This document shows positions 19,069-28,974 of a DNA stretch of 64,000 nucleotides, one piece after another. Each line of letters starts with the position of its first letter. Within the stretch, counting starts at the first letter, position 1. The stretch lies in the IMG/VR virus record IMGVR_UViG_2791355422_000001; one strand, given 5' to 3'. The notes beneath the pieces are model-generated. The model saw only the letters and a list, made by a program, of their open reading frames with translations. It did not search any database and was not told the origin of the DNA. A program made the translations under genes and the position numbers. Origin of the DNA: an uncultured virus (IMG/VR IMGVR_UViG_2791355422_000001). Lineage: Duplodnaviria > Heunggongvirae > Uroviricota > Caudoviricetes.

Positions 19069-20271
19069 ATGGCCAAGAAGCCCACCCCTGACTTCACCAG
19101 CCCGATCGCCGGACGCATCGAGGTCCGCGTCCCGTGCGCCTGGTGCGGTGACCGGCAGATGATCCCGCGCCACCAGTTCGACGAGCACGTGATGCGCCTG
19201 CACCCGGACGTGAAGACCGGCGAGCGCCGCGCCGCCGCGTCGTCTGCGCCCGCCGCCCCGGCCGAGCGCCGCGACCGGTACGAGGCCGAAGCGTCCCCCT
19301 GGTACGAGGTGATCAACCCGCGCAACGCCACCACATCCATCGCCCTCGTGCACGACGACGGGGATCTGTACCTCCCGGAGGGCCCGGATGCCCTGACCGT
19401 GGAGGAGTTCCACTTCGCGGCCGCGCGCGGCCAGGCGCACCGGCTCATGCGGGTGGAGGAGGCCGTGGCCGTCGCCGACACCGAGCAGGCCGAACTCCGC
19501 TCCTACGTGGCCGAGCTGGAGCAGCAGGCCGCCGCCCGCCCCCTCAGCCGTGCCTACAGCCACGAGGCCTGCGGCTTCCACTGGTACGGCCGCGACGGCA
19601 TGGACATCCCCCTCCGTGACGGACAGCCGATCTGCCCCCGGTGTGAACTCGCCCAGGGGCAGACCGCCGTGTTGCCCGCGGACGCCACTGCCGAAGTCCG
19701 GAAGCTCGTGAAGCGCCTCGTCGCCCACGCCAAGGGCTTCCAGGACGTCCTCGACGACGGCGACAGCGAGGCGTGGGGGAAGACGGTCGGTGCGGACATT
19801 GAGGCGCTGCAAGCCGCACTCGACGGACATCCGCTCCGCCGATTGGCCGACGAGGCGCCCCAGCCCGAGCCGCGCCCGGTCGCCCCGGCCGCCGGTCTGC
19901 AGCGTCTCGCCGCCGACCGACAGCCCGACTGCCCTCCCGGCACCCACGCCCCCGGCGCGCCCTGCACCGGCGAGCAGCAGCAGGCGGCGACCGGCTACGG
20001 GGAGGTCGACTGCCGCACTCCGGAGACCCACAACTGGGGCTGCGGCTGCCCCACCGACCCGCCGCACCGTGGCGACTGGACCGAGCGCTGGCTGCGGGAG
20101 CGCCGCGAGGAGTACCCGCGCGGCACCGCCGAGTGGCACACCGTCGACGCCGTCCTCGACCGCTACCGGCTCCACGCCGACACCGGGACCTTGCTCAGCG
20201 ACCACGTCTGCGAATGCCGCGACGGAGCGGACTGCGACTGCCGGGAGCGGCAGGCGGGGGAGGGCCGATGA
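19069..20271 (+). CDS. Mosaic multi-Cys/His hypothetical protein
   Basis: GGAG RBS; several short Cys/His modules. Confidence 0.6.
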   Translation: MAKKPTPDFTSPIAGRIEVRVPCAWCGDRQMIPRHQFDEHVMRLHPDVKTGERRAAASSAPAAPAERRDRYEAEASPWYEVINPRNATTSIALVHDDGDLYLPEGPDALTVEEFHFAAARGQAHRLMRVEEAVAVADTEQAELRSYVAELEQQAAARPLSRAYSHEACGFHWYGRDGMDIPLRDGQPICPRCELAQGQTAVLPADATAEVRKLVKRLVAHAKGFQDVLDDGDSEAWGKTVGADIEALQAALDGHPLRRLADEAPQPEPRPVAPAAGLQRLAADRQPDCPPGTHAPGAPCTGEQQQAATGYGEVDCRTPETHNWGCGCPTDPPHRGDWTERWLRERREEYPRGTAEWHTVDAVLDRYRLHADTGTLLSDHVCECRDGADCDCRERQAGEGR

Positions 20272-20375
20272 GCGCCCGCCCGTACCGGGTGCTCGTCACC
20301 GGGAGCCGCGCAGTGCGTCGGCGGGGGCGCCGCTCGCTCCCCGATGCCGTTTCCCGCACGCACCGTCGTCCGTAG
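20268..20375 (+). pseudogene. Truncated SLOG/DUF2493-like gene remnant
   Basis: Begins MSARPYRVLVTGSR, then loses coding character. Confidence 0.4.
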
Positions 20376-20473
20376 ACGGCCTAACTCCCCGCCGAGGTCC
20401 CTTTTCTAGTCCCCGACTCTTTCAGGCGCTCCTAGCCCAGATCCCTTCCCCTTCGCCCCGAGAGGACCCAGAG

Positions 20474-20740
20474 ATGCCCGACAAGCCCCCCGCGAACGCG
20501 ATCGTCCACGGCGCCTGCGGCCGGTGGTGGACCGGCCTCGGCCGAGCCCACTGCCCGTCCTGCCACGTCACGTTCAGCTCCGACGCCGCCGCCAGCAAGC
20601 ACCGCACCGGCAAGTACGGCGTCGACCGCCGCTGCCTCCCGCCCGCCGAAGCCGGGCTTGAGCCCCGTGAGGCGCCGTGGGGGACGTACTGGTCCGGCCC
20701 CGGCATCGAGGGCGACGCCTGGTTCAAGACAGCCGCCTGA
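20474..20740 (+). CDS. Small Zn-binding protein (FDXHR-like)
   Basis: CGRWWTG..AHCPSCHVTF..KHR..RC. Confidence 0.7.
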   Translation: MPDKPPANAIVHGACGRWWTGLGRAHCPSCHVTFSSDAAASKHRTGKYGVDRRCLPPAEAGLEPREAPWGTYWSGPGIEGDAWFKTAA

Positions 20741-20818
20741 CCCATCGCAACACCGGCCGCCCCGTGCGGAATTCGGGGCGGCCGGCGCCCACCAGTAGAT
20801 CACCAGGAGGAAAATCCC

Positions 20819-21313
20819 ATGTCGTACCCGCAACTGTTCACCCCGGAAGAGAAGCTCGCCGACGCGAAGGCCCGCCTCGGCATCCCGAAGATCGTCGTGA
20901 TCTGCGGCTCCACCCGCTTCATGGACGAGATGACGGCCGCCGACTGCGAGCTGACGTGGGCCGGTCACATCGTCGTCAAGCCCGGCTGCAACATGAAGAT
21001 CGCTGATCGGCTGTGGGCCGACGACGCCGAGGCCGAGGCCGGGAAGGTGCGGCTCGACGAACTGCACCGGGCGAAGATCCGGCTGGCGGATGAGGTGCTC
21101 GTCGTCGGGGACTACATCGGCTCGTCGACCACCGCCGAGATCGAGTACGCGCGGTCGCTCGGCAAGTCAGTGACGTTCACCCACCCCTCGGTCGACCCGG
21201 AGGCCGGGGTGGTCGTCACCGTCCACGGCGCGCGCGACATGAGCCCTGAAGCCCGCGAGGCCACAGAAGCCCTCATCGCCGTAGCCAAGAAGCAGATCAC
21301 CGAGGAGCAGTGA
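20819..21313 (+). CDS. Nucleoside deoxyribosyltransferase/DUF4406-like protein
   Basis: ICGSTRF..LHRAKIRLADEVLVV..YIGSSTTAEIEYA. Confidence 0.65.
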   Translation: MSYPQLFTPEEKLADAKARLGIPKIVVICGSTRFMDEMTAADCELTWAGHIVVKPGCNMKIADRLWADDAEAEAGKVRLDELHRAKIRLADEVLVVGDYIGSSTTAEIEYARSLGKSVTFTHPSVDPEAGVVVTVHGARDMSPEAREATEALIAVAKKQITEEQ

Positions 21314-22035
21314 CCATGACCGTCGAGACTCCTGCCGGTCATGCCCGGAACGCCGCCCTAGCCCTCGTCACCGCGCTGCTCGACGGCGACAACGAAGCGG
21401 CCTGGGACATCGCCCGATCCGAAGACCACGACGGGCCCACGCTCGTCATGATCCTGGCCCGCGTCGTCGCCAAATCCACCACTCCGCAGCAGTGGCGACA
21501 GACGGCAATCGACATCGCCAACGGAACCCGCTGGCCACCCCCGGGGCGGTGGTTCCGGCCGCCGCCCCGCACCAACCGACAGGAGCACCCCGTGGAGAAC
21601 CACCGCACCGTCGGCGTCACCACCGAGTGGACCGCCGAACTCCTTCGCGACCGCCTGGCCGCAGACCCGCGAACGATCACCGTCCACGCCGACGGCAAGC
21701 CGTTCGCGCGCCTGCACCTGGCGTTCGCCCTCGACGCCACAGCCGCCGACCAGGCCGCCCTGATCGAGAAGATCCGTGATGTCGCAGCCCGCCCCGAGCC
21801 CGACCCAGGAGCCGTCGCCCGCCCGTTCCACCTGCAGCGCGACCACGACGTATCCGGAGTCTCCGGCACCGGCATCGTCGCCCACGGCGTCCTGTGGCCC
21901 GACGGCACCGCCTCCGTGCGCTGGGCAGGGCCCCGTCCCTCGATCGTGTTCTGGGACTCCATCGACGACGCCCTCGCCGTCCATGGACACGGAGGCCACA
22001 CCCGCCTCGTCTTCGCCGACGAGGCGGCGTCATGA
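21310..22035 (+). CDS. Hypothetical protein, probably two genes fused (second start 21592)
   Basis: Internal hairpin and AGGAG+GTG. Confidence 0.55.
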   Translation: MTMTVETPAGHARNAALALVTALLDGDNEAAWDIARSEDHDGPTLVMILARVVAKSTTPQQWRQTAIDIANGTRWPPPGRWFRPPPRTNRQEHPVENHRTVGVTTEWTAELLRDRLAADPRTITVHADGKPFARLHLAFALDATAADQAALIEKIRDVAARPEPDPGAVARPFHLQRDHDVSGVSGTGIVAHGVLWPDGTASVRWAGPRPSIVFWDSIDDALAVHGHGGHTRLVFADEAAS

Positions 22036-22208
22036 CCGCCCCGATCCGCTGGACGCCCGACGAGCGCTCCGCGAAGATCCTCGCCGCGTTCGCCAGCCAC
22101 CGCGAAACCCGCGACAGCGTCCTGCGCCGCGCCCTGGAACTCCTCGCCCGGGCCGACGGCATCGTCGACAGCCGCGGGCGGATCAAGACCAGTGGGAGGC
22201 GGACGTGA
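22032..22208 (+). CDS. Phage hypothetical protein
   Basis: ATGA coupling. Confidence 0.6.
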   Translation: MTAPIRWTPDERSAKILAAFASHRETRDSVLRRALELLARADGIVDSRGRIKTSGRRT

Positions 22209-22441
22209 GACGCGCCCTGACCGCCCGGCAGCGGCAAGTCCTCGGACTCGTCGCCAACGGCAACACCAACCGGCAGATCGCCCGCTGGCTCGGCTGCGAC
22301 CCGCGGACCGTATGCCGCCACCTCGCCGGCATCTACCGCACCCTCGGCGCCCAGGACCGCGCCCAAGCCGTCGCGCTCGGCCTGCGCTACGGCGACATCA
22401 CCCAGGACGACATCCACGAACCCGCCCGGGAGGCGGCATGA
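22205..22441 (+). CDS. Stand-alone LuxR-type HTH regulator
   Basis: LTARQRQVLGLVANGNTNRQIARWLG..TV..HLAGIYRTLG. Confidence 0.85.
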   Translation: MRRALTARQRQVLGLVANGNTNRQIARWLGCDPRTVCRHLAGIYRTLGAQDRAQAVALGLRYGDITQDDIHEPAREAA

Positions 22442-22644
22442 GCAACGCTCCAACACCCCGCCAGACGGCCACAGAAAGCCCTCAGAGCGCCTCACGGCCT
22501 TCGAGCGGACCCGAGCAACCTCCGGCGCCTCCAGGACGCTCTGAGGCGCCACAGAGCGACTCGGCCGCCCACGACGGGCCGAGCATCGCCCAAGCCGCCG
22601 CCGACGACCGGCGTTGGTGGGACGGCGAGAAGGCGGGCGAGTGA
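22438..22644 (+). CDS. Phage hypothetical protein
   Basis: GGAGG RBS, coupling. Confidence 0.55.
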   Translation: MSNAPTPRQTATESPQSASRPSSGPEQPPAPPGRSEAPQSDSAAHDGPSIAQAAADDRRWWDGEKAGE

Positions 22645-23105
22645 TGGCCGGCGCCGACGACATCCTCAACCAGATCGACCACACCCTGCGCGACTGGACC
22701 GTCGGACCCGACGCCATGCGCAGCCGGCCCGACGAACCGACCGCCCCGCGCCTCTGGATCGCCCCGGTCGGCACCGGCCTGGACGGCGACGGCTGGGAGG
22801 AGATCGGCGGCGTCACCAGCGTCGACATCGACTACCAGCAGGAACCCGTCGAGCACGGATACGCCAGGGATGAAGCCATCCTCGTCATCAGCGTCGACGC
22901 CCGCGCATTCACCGCGGGGATGGTCGCAGCCGTCGAAGGGCTCACCCGGCTCCGCGAAGCCCTCGGGGAACTGCGGCACGGCGAGTGGATCGACACCAAC
23001 GGCGATCCCGTACAGCAGCCCGAGCGACCCCGGCCTGCCCTCCCGCGACGGGACGGCCGCCCCGCCTGGCAGTCGCCCTACGGGCCCCCGCAGCCGCGGC
23101 GTTGA
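22644..23105 (+). CDS. Phage hypothetical protein
   Basis: TGATG coupling. Confidence 0.6.
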   Translation: MAGADDILNQIDHTLRDWTVGPDAMRSRPDEPTAPRLWIAPVGTGLDGDGWEEIGGVTSVDIDYQQEPVEHGYARDEAILVISVDARAFTAGMVAAVEGLTRLREALGELRHGEWIDTNGDPVQQPERPRPALPRRDGRPAWQSPYGPPQPRR

Positions 23106-23198
23106 ACGAGCTCGCCGAAGCCACCGCCGACGACCGGCGCTACTGGACCACCCGCTACGAAGCCTGACCCACTCGCACCGCCAGCAAGGAGAACCGCC

Positions 23199-23849
23199 GT
23201 GCACGACCTCGACGATGCGCCCCGCTGCACCAGCTGCCGCACGCTGCTGTGGGACACCGAACTCGCCGCCGGCCGCTACGCCTGCTACCGCTGCCAGGAC
23301 CGGGCCGGCGGACAACTCCAGGCGGTCCGCGGCATGTTCCAGCGGCTCGACAGCCTCGACGGCCTCACGAAGCCACAGAACGCCGCCAGCGGGCCCCTCG
23401 GCACCCGGGAGGCCCCGATACCGCCGCGGCTCGCCGTCCTCGCCCAGACCGGCCCCGGCGGCGTCGTGGCACAGCTCCAGGCGGGCATCGAGGACTCCTG
23501 GCGCAAGGCGCTCGGCTGGACGATGATCCCCGACCGGCCGCACCGGGACATCGACGGCGTGATCACCTTTCTGGTGGACAACCTTTTGTGGGCGTGCGAA
23601 CGCTACGAGGAGATCGCCGACGACCTGCGCACCATCGCCGACATCCACACCCGCCTCAAGACCCTCGAAACCGGCGAGCCGGGGCCGAAGAAGTTCACCG
23701 CTTACTGCGACACCGGCGGCTGCGACGGCGAGATGCGGATCACCCTGTGGACCGCACACACCGCCTGCCCCGCCTGCGGCACCCACTACGACAAGACCGG
23801 CCTCGCCGCACTCGCCACGCAGTACGACGACCGGGAGACCGCCGCATGA
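23199..23849 (+). CDS. Cys-rich protein, paralogue of 46456-47172
   Basis: PIPPRL.VLA..GPGGV..IED.WR.ALGWT..NLLWAC. Confidence 0.8.
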   Translation: MHDLDDAPRCTSCRTLLWDTELAAGRYACYRCQDRAGGQLQAVRGMFQRLDSLDGLTKPQNAASGPLGTREAPIPPRLAVLAQTGPGGVVAQLQAGIEDSWRKALGWTMIPDRPHRDIDGVITFLVDNLLWACERYEEIADDLRTIADIHTRLKTLETGEPGPKKFTAYCDTGGCDGEMRITLWTAHTACPACGTHYDKTGLAALATQYDDRETAA

Positions 23850-23944
23850 AGCGCACGCTGCGACCTCGGCGTCACCCGAACGTGGCGCCTTCCTCTCTCC
23901 CGCGCGGGTAGCCAACACCAACAGTCGATCGAGAGGACTCCCAG

Positions 23945-24286
23945 ATGGCCATCATCGGCCCCGGCTACGACGACCCCGAGTACGACGGGTACGACCCGGC
24001 CTGGCGGCAGCAGAACACGCCGTTCCGGCGGTGGCTGGAGGAGGGGCTCGCCGCCACCGGCATGGACCCGGCCATGGCCACCCTGTGGGCGCCCGTGAAC
24101 CGGTACAACGGCCTCGATGGCGACGACGCGAGCGACATCAGCATGCTCACCGACACCACCGTCGACGACGTCCACGCGGCCCACAAAGCCGACCTCGCGC
24201 ATTGGGCGCACGAACAGCAGCTACGCGACCACCCCGACCTTGCCGCCGTCGACGCCGACCTTGACCGCATCACCCGCCGCAACTGA
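23945..24286 (+). CDS. Hypothetical protein
   Basis: GAGG RBS. Confidence 0.65.
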   Translation: MAIIGPGYDDPEYDGYDPAWRQQNTPFRRWLEEGLAATGMDPAMATLWAPVNRYNGLDGDDASDISMLTDTTVDDVHAAHKADLAHWAHEQQLRDHPDLAAVDADLDRITRRN

Positions 24287-24423
24287 TCACCCCCGCGACG
24301 GCACCCGCGCCGCGAGATTCGACAGCAGCACCCCCGCCGCCTCCCCATCCGGCAGGCCGCCGCGACATAGGCGCGACACCGTCCTGATGCACTACCCGAA
24401 ACCCGATCACCAAGGAGGAACCA

Positions 24424-24603
24424 ATGCCCGACCTGCGCGACGAGATCACCGCCATGGGAACCGCCTACGACGCCCTCGCACCCCTGCCCGCCGACCAGCG
24501 GGCCGCCACCCTCGCAGCCGTTCGACAGGAACTCGACACCCGCGACATCGAAGCGGCCATCAGCGAAGCCCAGGCCCTCGGTCTCATCGAGAACGCCACC
24601 TAA
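24424..24603 (+). CDS. Small hypothetical protein (59 aa)
   Basis: AAGGAGG RBS; MPDLRDEITAMG.. Confidence 0.6.
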   Translation: MPDLRDEITAMGTAYDALAPLPADQRAATLAAVRQELDTRDIEAAISEAQALGLIENAT

Positions 24604-24755
24604 TCCCGCGACGGCACCCGGGCGGCGAGATTCGACAGCAGGCAGAACGCCATCCGCTCGTCCACCTCGCCGCCGTCCACCACCGCGGCCAGCACGGCCA
24701 GCACATCCTGCGCCTCGGACAAGGTCAGCACCGGCAGCAGCGTCTCGTCATCCAT
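24600..24755 (-). CDS. Small hypothetical protein (DUF6417-like)
   Basis: LTLSEAQDVL..LAARVPS. Confidence 0.5.
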   Translation of the reverse strand: MDDETLLPVLTLSEAQDVLAVLAAVVDGGEVDERMAFCLLSNLAARVPSRD

Positions 24756-24935
24756 GGACTGGCAACGGCAGGGGAGAGGCTGGGGACACGGGGTAGCGGG
24801 AGGCGCAGAGCGGCACGTCGATGACGGCACCCTAAGCAGCCGCCCTGACCTGCAACAACATCGAGAGCGGTATCAGACCGGTATCAGTCTCGGTAGGCTC
24901 GAAATGGAAACCCCCACTTTCACTCGGAGGCAGCG

Positions 24936-25220
24936 ATGAGCGGCGAGCCGTGGACCATCGAATCCATCCGCGACGCCCTCGGCGCCCCCGCCCTCGCACA
25001 ACAGTTCATCAGCGAGATCAACAAGGCGCCGGCGCACGAACTCCTCCACGTCTTCGCCCGCTGGGAACGCGTCGCCAAGGACACCCTCACCGCCGTCGAA
25101 CGCGGCCGGGAAGTCGCCGCAGCCGAAGCCCGCGGCGAAGAACCCCCCGGACAGTGGATCGACGTCACCGACCGCGTCCTCAGCGAAGCTGCCCGAATCC
25201 GCTCACAAGGCGCCGCCTGA
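24936..25220 (+). CDS. Putative antitoxin
   Basis: 94 aa helical protein upstream of RelE-like gene. Confidence 0.55.
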   Translation: MSGEPWTIESIRDALGAPALAQQFISEINKAPAHELLHVFARWERVAKDTLTAVERGREVAAAEARGEEPPGQWIDVTDRVLSEAARIRSQGAA

Positions 25221-25238
25221 CCTGACACGCTGGAGCCC

Positions 25239-25487
25239 GTGTACCGGCTCCTCTGCGACGAGACCCTCCTGGCCGTCTGGGACTCCCTCCCCGACGACGC
25301 CAGCGAACAACTCACCCTCGGCCTCGCAGACGTCTGCCACGACCCCGAAACGGCGACCGAACCCTGGGGCATCGACGACGGCATCCACCGCCAGCTCATC
25401 CGGCCCCTCGTCACCGCGCTCCTCGCCGTCAACCAGGAGCGGCGCACCGTGCGGATCTACGACATCCAACGACGCCGACGGCACTAA
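25239..25487 (+). CDS. Putative RelE/ParE-like toxin
   Basis: MYRL..WDSLP..C-terminal beta strands RRTVRIYDI. Confidence 0.5.
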   Translation: MYRLLCDETLLAVWDSLPDDASEQLTLGLADVCHDPETATEPWGIDDGIHRQLIRPLVTALLAVNQERRTVRIYDIQRRRRH

Positions 25488-25498
25488 ACACCACGCCC

Positions 25499-25521
25499 CC
25501 GCCCGGTCAGGCCGGGCGGGA
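25499..25521 (+). terminator. Hairpin after putative TA pair
   Basis: CCGCCCGG-TCAGG-CCGGGCGG. Confidence 0.5.
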
Positions 25522-25577
25522 CTTCTTGCGGCCCACCGCCCATAGCGGGACCCTGGCAGCAACCCGAGGAGGCCGCC

Positions 25578-25829
25578 ATGGGCTGGGTCGACCGCCAGCA
25601 CATCCCCGCCCTCCAACAGGACTGGCGGTACACGCGGCTCCTCAACCTCACCCGGCGGCTCCTGGAGGAGCGCATGCCCGCCTGCGGCAACTGCACCGAC
25701 GGTGAGATCACGGTCGTCGACGGGGACGGAAACGAGACCAGCGTGCAGTGCGACGCCTGCGGCGGCACCGGCGAAGTCGGGGCGATGGCCGACAACGAAG
25801 ACGACGGGGAAGCCGGCGGCAGTCGATAG
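25578..25829 (+). CDS. Small DnaJ-type Zn-finger protein
   Basis: CGNCTDG..CDACGGTG; alternative start 25674. Confidence 0.55.
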   Translation: MGWVDRQHIPALQQDWRYTRLLNLTRRLLEERMPACGNCTDGEITVVDGDGNETSVQCDACGGTGEVGAMADNEDDGEAGGSR

Positions 25830-26160
25830 AGGCGCGACTACTCGTCGAGGCACTTGTTGAACATGCGGCCGACCCGGTGAACGCGCAGGACCACCGCGTG
25901 GGCATAGCCCGCACACCCCCCAGCGACGCCAATCAGTGCCACGACCACTTCCATGGCAGCGAGTACCAGCCGGCCCGAAGCCACCCACCAGACCGTCAGC
26001 AGCAGACCTCCCTCTCGGGCCTCCTGTCCATACCGGCCCAGCACTCCACCGCATAGCCCTGCATCGGCGCGCTCGTCCCGAACGCCCTCTTGCCGCCGTC
26101 ATCTGCCGCTTGCACTCTTTGAAACGAGGACATTGCGATCCGTGACCGGGGGAGGGGCGG

Positions 26161-27309
26161 ATGACAGAGCAGCCCGGCGACCACTTACGCCGATTACAGC
26201 CCGCGTGGCAACTGCTGAAGGACGCGATTCTCGTCCACACCAGGGCCAGCAGCGGAGACGGCGCAAATCATGTCGCCTCGGCCCGAGAACACGACGGCAT
26301 CATCCTCTGCGGCAGCGACGCCCTGCCGGCCGCCGGCACCGACCACCGCCAAGGCGGCAGCCGCCGACTCCAACTCGTCGACCCTGACAGTTACGGCGAC
26401 TACGCCACCGCAGACGCGCCGTTCCTGTTGGAGAGCCACATCCGCAACGGCCAGCCCACCCTCTTCGACGAGACCGACGCCGACGAACTACGCCATCACC
26501 AAGAAGCGCAGCTCCGCAACGGAGCCACGGCCGGTCTCACGCCCACCCGCTACATCAAAGGCGGCGACCGCCCGTCCGTAGCCGCCGCCGTCCAGGCCGT
26601 TCGGGACCTCGACCCGCAGCAGACCATCCTCACCCTGCCGCTCGACCAGCAATGGCTGCGCGACGCCGACGGGCTCGACTACCTCGTCGCCGAACTCGCC
26701 GACGTACCCCACATCAAAGCCCTCGCCCTCGGCTCCGCAATGAACCCACTCGCCGCCAAAGGCGCCGTGACCGGACTGCGTCGCCTGATCGGTAGCCTCG
26801 ACCGAGTCGCCCTCATCCGCACCGACCTCGCCGGCCTCGACGCCTACGCCCACGGCGCCCTGTTCACCGCCATCGGCATGCAGACAGCGATGCGGCACGT
26901 GCGAAAGCCCGGCAGCAGAGGGGCAGGGGGCCGCAAACCCAACAGGCACACGACGATGGTGCTGCACCCACAACTCATGGACTACTACCGCGCCGAAACG
27001 CTGCGAGACCTCTACGGCAGGCGATCCGAACCGCTCTGCCACTGCACGGTCTGCGAAGGCGCCAGCCTGCTCCGGTTCGACCACAACGCCCGGGACCAAG
27101 AAGAAGCGAACAGGCACAACATCGCCACCTGGCTGCCCTGGGCCGATCACCTGCAACGCACCGAACCCGGAACCGCCCGCAAATCCGCCTGGCAACAGCT
27201 CTGCCACGACGCCCGCAACGCCCACCAAGAACTACGCGAAGACCTCTCGGCCCCTGGCGCCCTCGAAACACCGCGCTGGCTCAAGGTGTGGGCAGGAGAC
27301 CCCGACTAG
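26161..27309 (+). CDS. Hypothetical protein with TGT-like CxCxxC..H Zn motif
   Basis: LCHCTVC-x20-HN near C-terminus. Confidence 0.65.
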   Translation: MTEQPGDHLRRLQPAWQLLKDAILVHTRASSGDGANHVASAREHDGIILCGSDALPAAGTDHRQGGSRRLQLVDPDSYGDYATADAPFLLESHIRNGQPTLFDETDADELRHHQEAQLRNGATAGLTPTRYIKGGDRPSVAAAVQAVRDLDPQQTILTLPLDQQWLRDADGLDYLVAELADVPHIKALALGSAMNPLAAKGAVTGLRRLIGSLDRVALIRTDLAGLDAYAHGALFTAIGMQTAMRHVRKPGSRGAGGRKPNRHTTMVLHPQLMDYYRAETLRDLYGRRSEPLCHCTVCEGASLLRFDHNARDQEEANRHNIATWLPWADHLQRTEPGTARKSAWQQLCHDARNAHQELREDLSAPGALETPRWLKVWAGDPD

Positions 27310-27934
27310 ACCCGAGCAGCTGTCCGTACACCTGCTCGTGGAACAGCCAGCCCGCAGCCGTATGCCCGAACCCCCTCGATGACCGAGGCGCCACCAGCAG
27401 CTCCGGCGCCTCACCGTCAGCAGCGTGCACAACGCCGACGCCGTAGACCCCGGCTTCGATCACCATCAGCTCGGAGCCCGCGACCGGACCATCCAGCCAC
27501 ACCGACGACACCGCGTAAGCACCGAAACGACCCGCCCGCACCAGAGCCGACCGACCCGGCCGTCGCGCCCGCGTCACCGCCACATCCACCTCCAGCGGCG
27601 ACACCAGACGGCGCACCAACAGCCCGCCACTGCGCTCCACCGCATCCCTCGGGCACTCCCGCAGACGCCACCGCTCCTTCGACGTCAGAGACGCCTCAGG
27701 CACCGGCAGCCCGGCCGGCAACTGCAACAGACCATTCAGCACCGTCATATCGAGCAGCGGCGCCACACCCTCCCGGGCCCGACGCTCCACCTCCGTCATG
27801 TTCAACCGGACCGACAGCACCGCCCGCACACCACGGGCCTCCACCTCAACCACCGACGAACCCGGCAGCAACGCACCACCCGCCGCAACCTCACACACAC
27901 GGCGAGCAGCATCCAGACATAACTCCGACGACAT
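27281..27934 (-). CDS. Hypothetical protein, possibly degenerate PD-(D/E)XK fold
   Basis: Convergent with previous gene; EAGVYGVGVV..W.F.EQVY. Confidence 0.6.
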   Translation of the reverse strand: MSSELCLDAARRVCEVAAGGALLPGSSVVEVEARGVRAVLSVRLNMTEVERRAREGVAPLLDMTVLNGLLQLPAGLPVPEASLTSKERWRLRECPRDAVERSGGLLVRRLVSPLEVDVAVTRARRPGRSALVRAGRFGAYAVSSVWLDGPVAGSELMVIEAGVYGVGVVHAADGEAPELLVAPRSSRGFGHTAAGWLFHEQVYGQLLGSSRGLLPTP

Positions 27935-28066
27935 CACACACGTCCTCAAGAACGACCAACCCACGGCACGCAACCACACGAGAGCCCGCCCGCCAACCAG
28001 AACCGGCGAACACCCCACAAGAGCAACGAGAATGGGGCAGGGCCCGAAGACCCCGCCCCGCAACGA

Positions 28067-28480
28067 TCAGACGACGGTGGCCACGCGCGCCAACGCCCGC
28101 AGCCGGGCCTCGAACTCGACCAGCCGATCCGCCGCCACAACCGCCTCCGACGGCGACAGATACAAGCTCTCCACGTCCTGGAAGTCGACCGCCACCATCG
28201 GCTCACGCTCCTCGACAGAGCCGGAATCCGACGCCAAGATGCGCGCCGACGCCAGCAACTGCAGCCGGCCATTCTGCCGCGGGACCAGCAGGTCCACCGC
28301 AGCACCCGCGTGCGTCACGTCGACCAGGAACCGCTCGTTCTCAGCGACATGGTCCACGACACACCACTCTTCGCACTCCACCCACACGCGCTGGCCATCA
28401 ACCAGAGCCGGACGGAGACGGGGGGCGGCAGGGGTGGTGGGAGCAGTAGCCACCTCAATTGAGTCGGCTAAGGTTGACAT
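28067..28480 (-). CDS. DUF6907-like protein
   Basis: ECEEWCVVDH..H..LSPSEA..ADRL. Confidence 0.7.
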   Translation of the reverse strand: MSTLADSIEVATAPTTPAAPRLRPALVDGQRVWVECEEWCVVDHVAENERFLVDVTHAGAAVDLLVPRQNGRLQLLASARILASDSGSVEEREPMVAVDFQDVESLYLSPSEAVVAADRLVEFEARLRALARVATVV

Positions 28481-28974
28481 TGGATCCTCGATTCTGGTGA
28501 TGACAGGTTTCCTTGATCAGTGAGTTCGCGCTCACTGGTTGAACGGGCCCGGTGTTCGCGCACCGGGCCGCTTTGCGTTCCCGCCAGACGTGGTCCGGCC
28601 TGGGAAGAAACTAGACGATGCGAGCGAGGCGCCAACTCGGTGTAGGTGTCCGCCGAGTGCCTCGCTCGAGTGGATGCGTTACGTTCTGACCTCGGCCTAT
28701 GTGAGCTATCGGAACGCGGCAAGTCCTGCAGGTTCGCCTCAAGGCGTTACAACTCAAAGCACCTCCGCGTTATAAATCGAACCGCCCCGAGGCGGCGAAA
28801 GTGGCTGGCCCTGTTGGCCAAAAAAATCCGAGGCGTGGCTACATATCGACGGTGTGAGCCTACCCGGCGCGAGAGGCTGGCCATTGAGATCCGGACCCGC
28901 CAGACTCGGCGAGCCTCGGCACGGCCAGCGCAGCCAAGACGACCAGAAGCCGACGGGGCGGGCGACGCGCCACC

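Noticed and set aside
28600..28970. Lower-GC segment with short ORFs
   Set aside because: No convincing RBS, codon bias or motif
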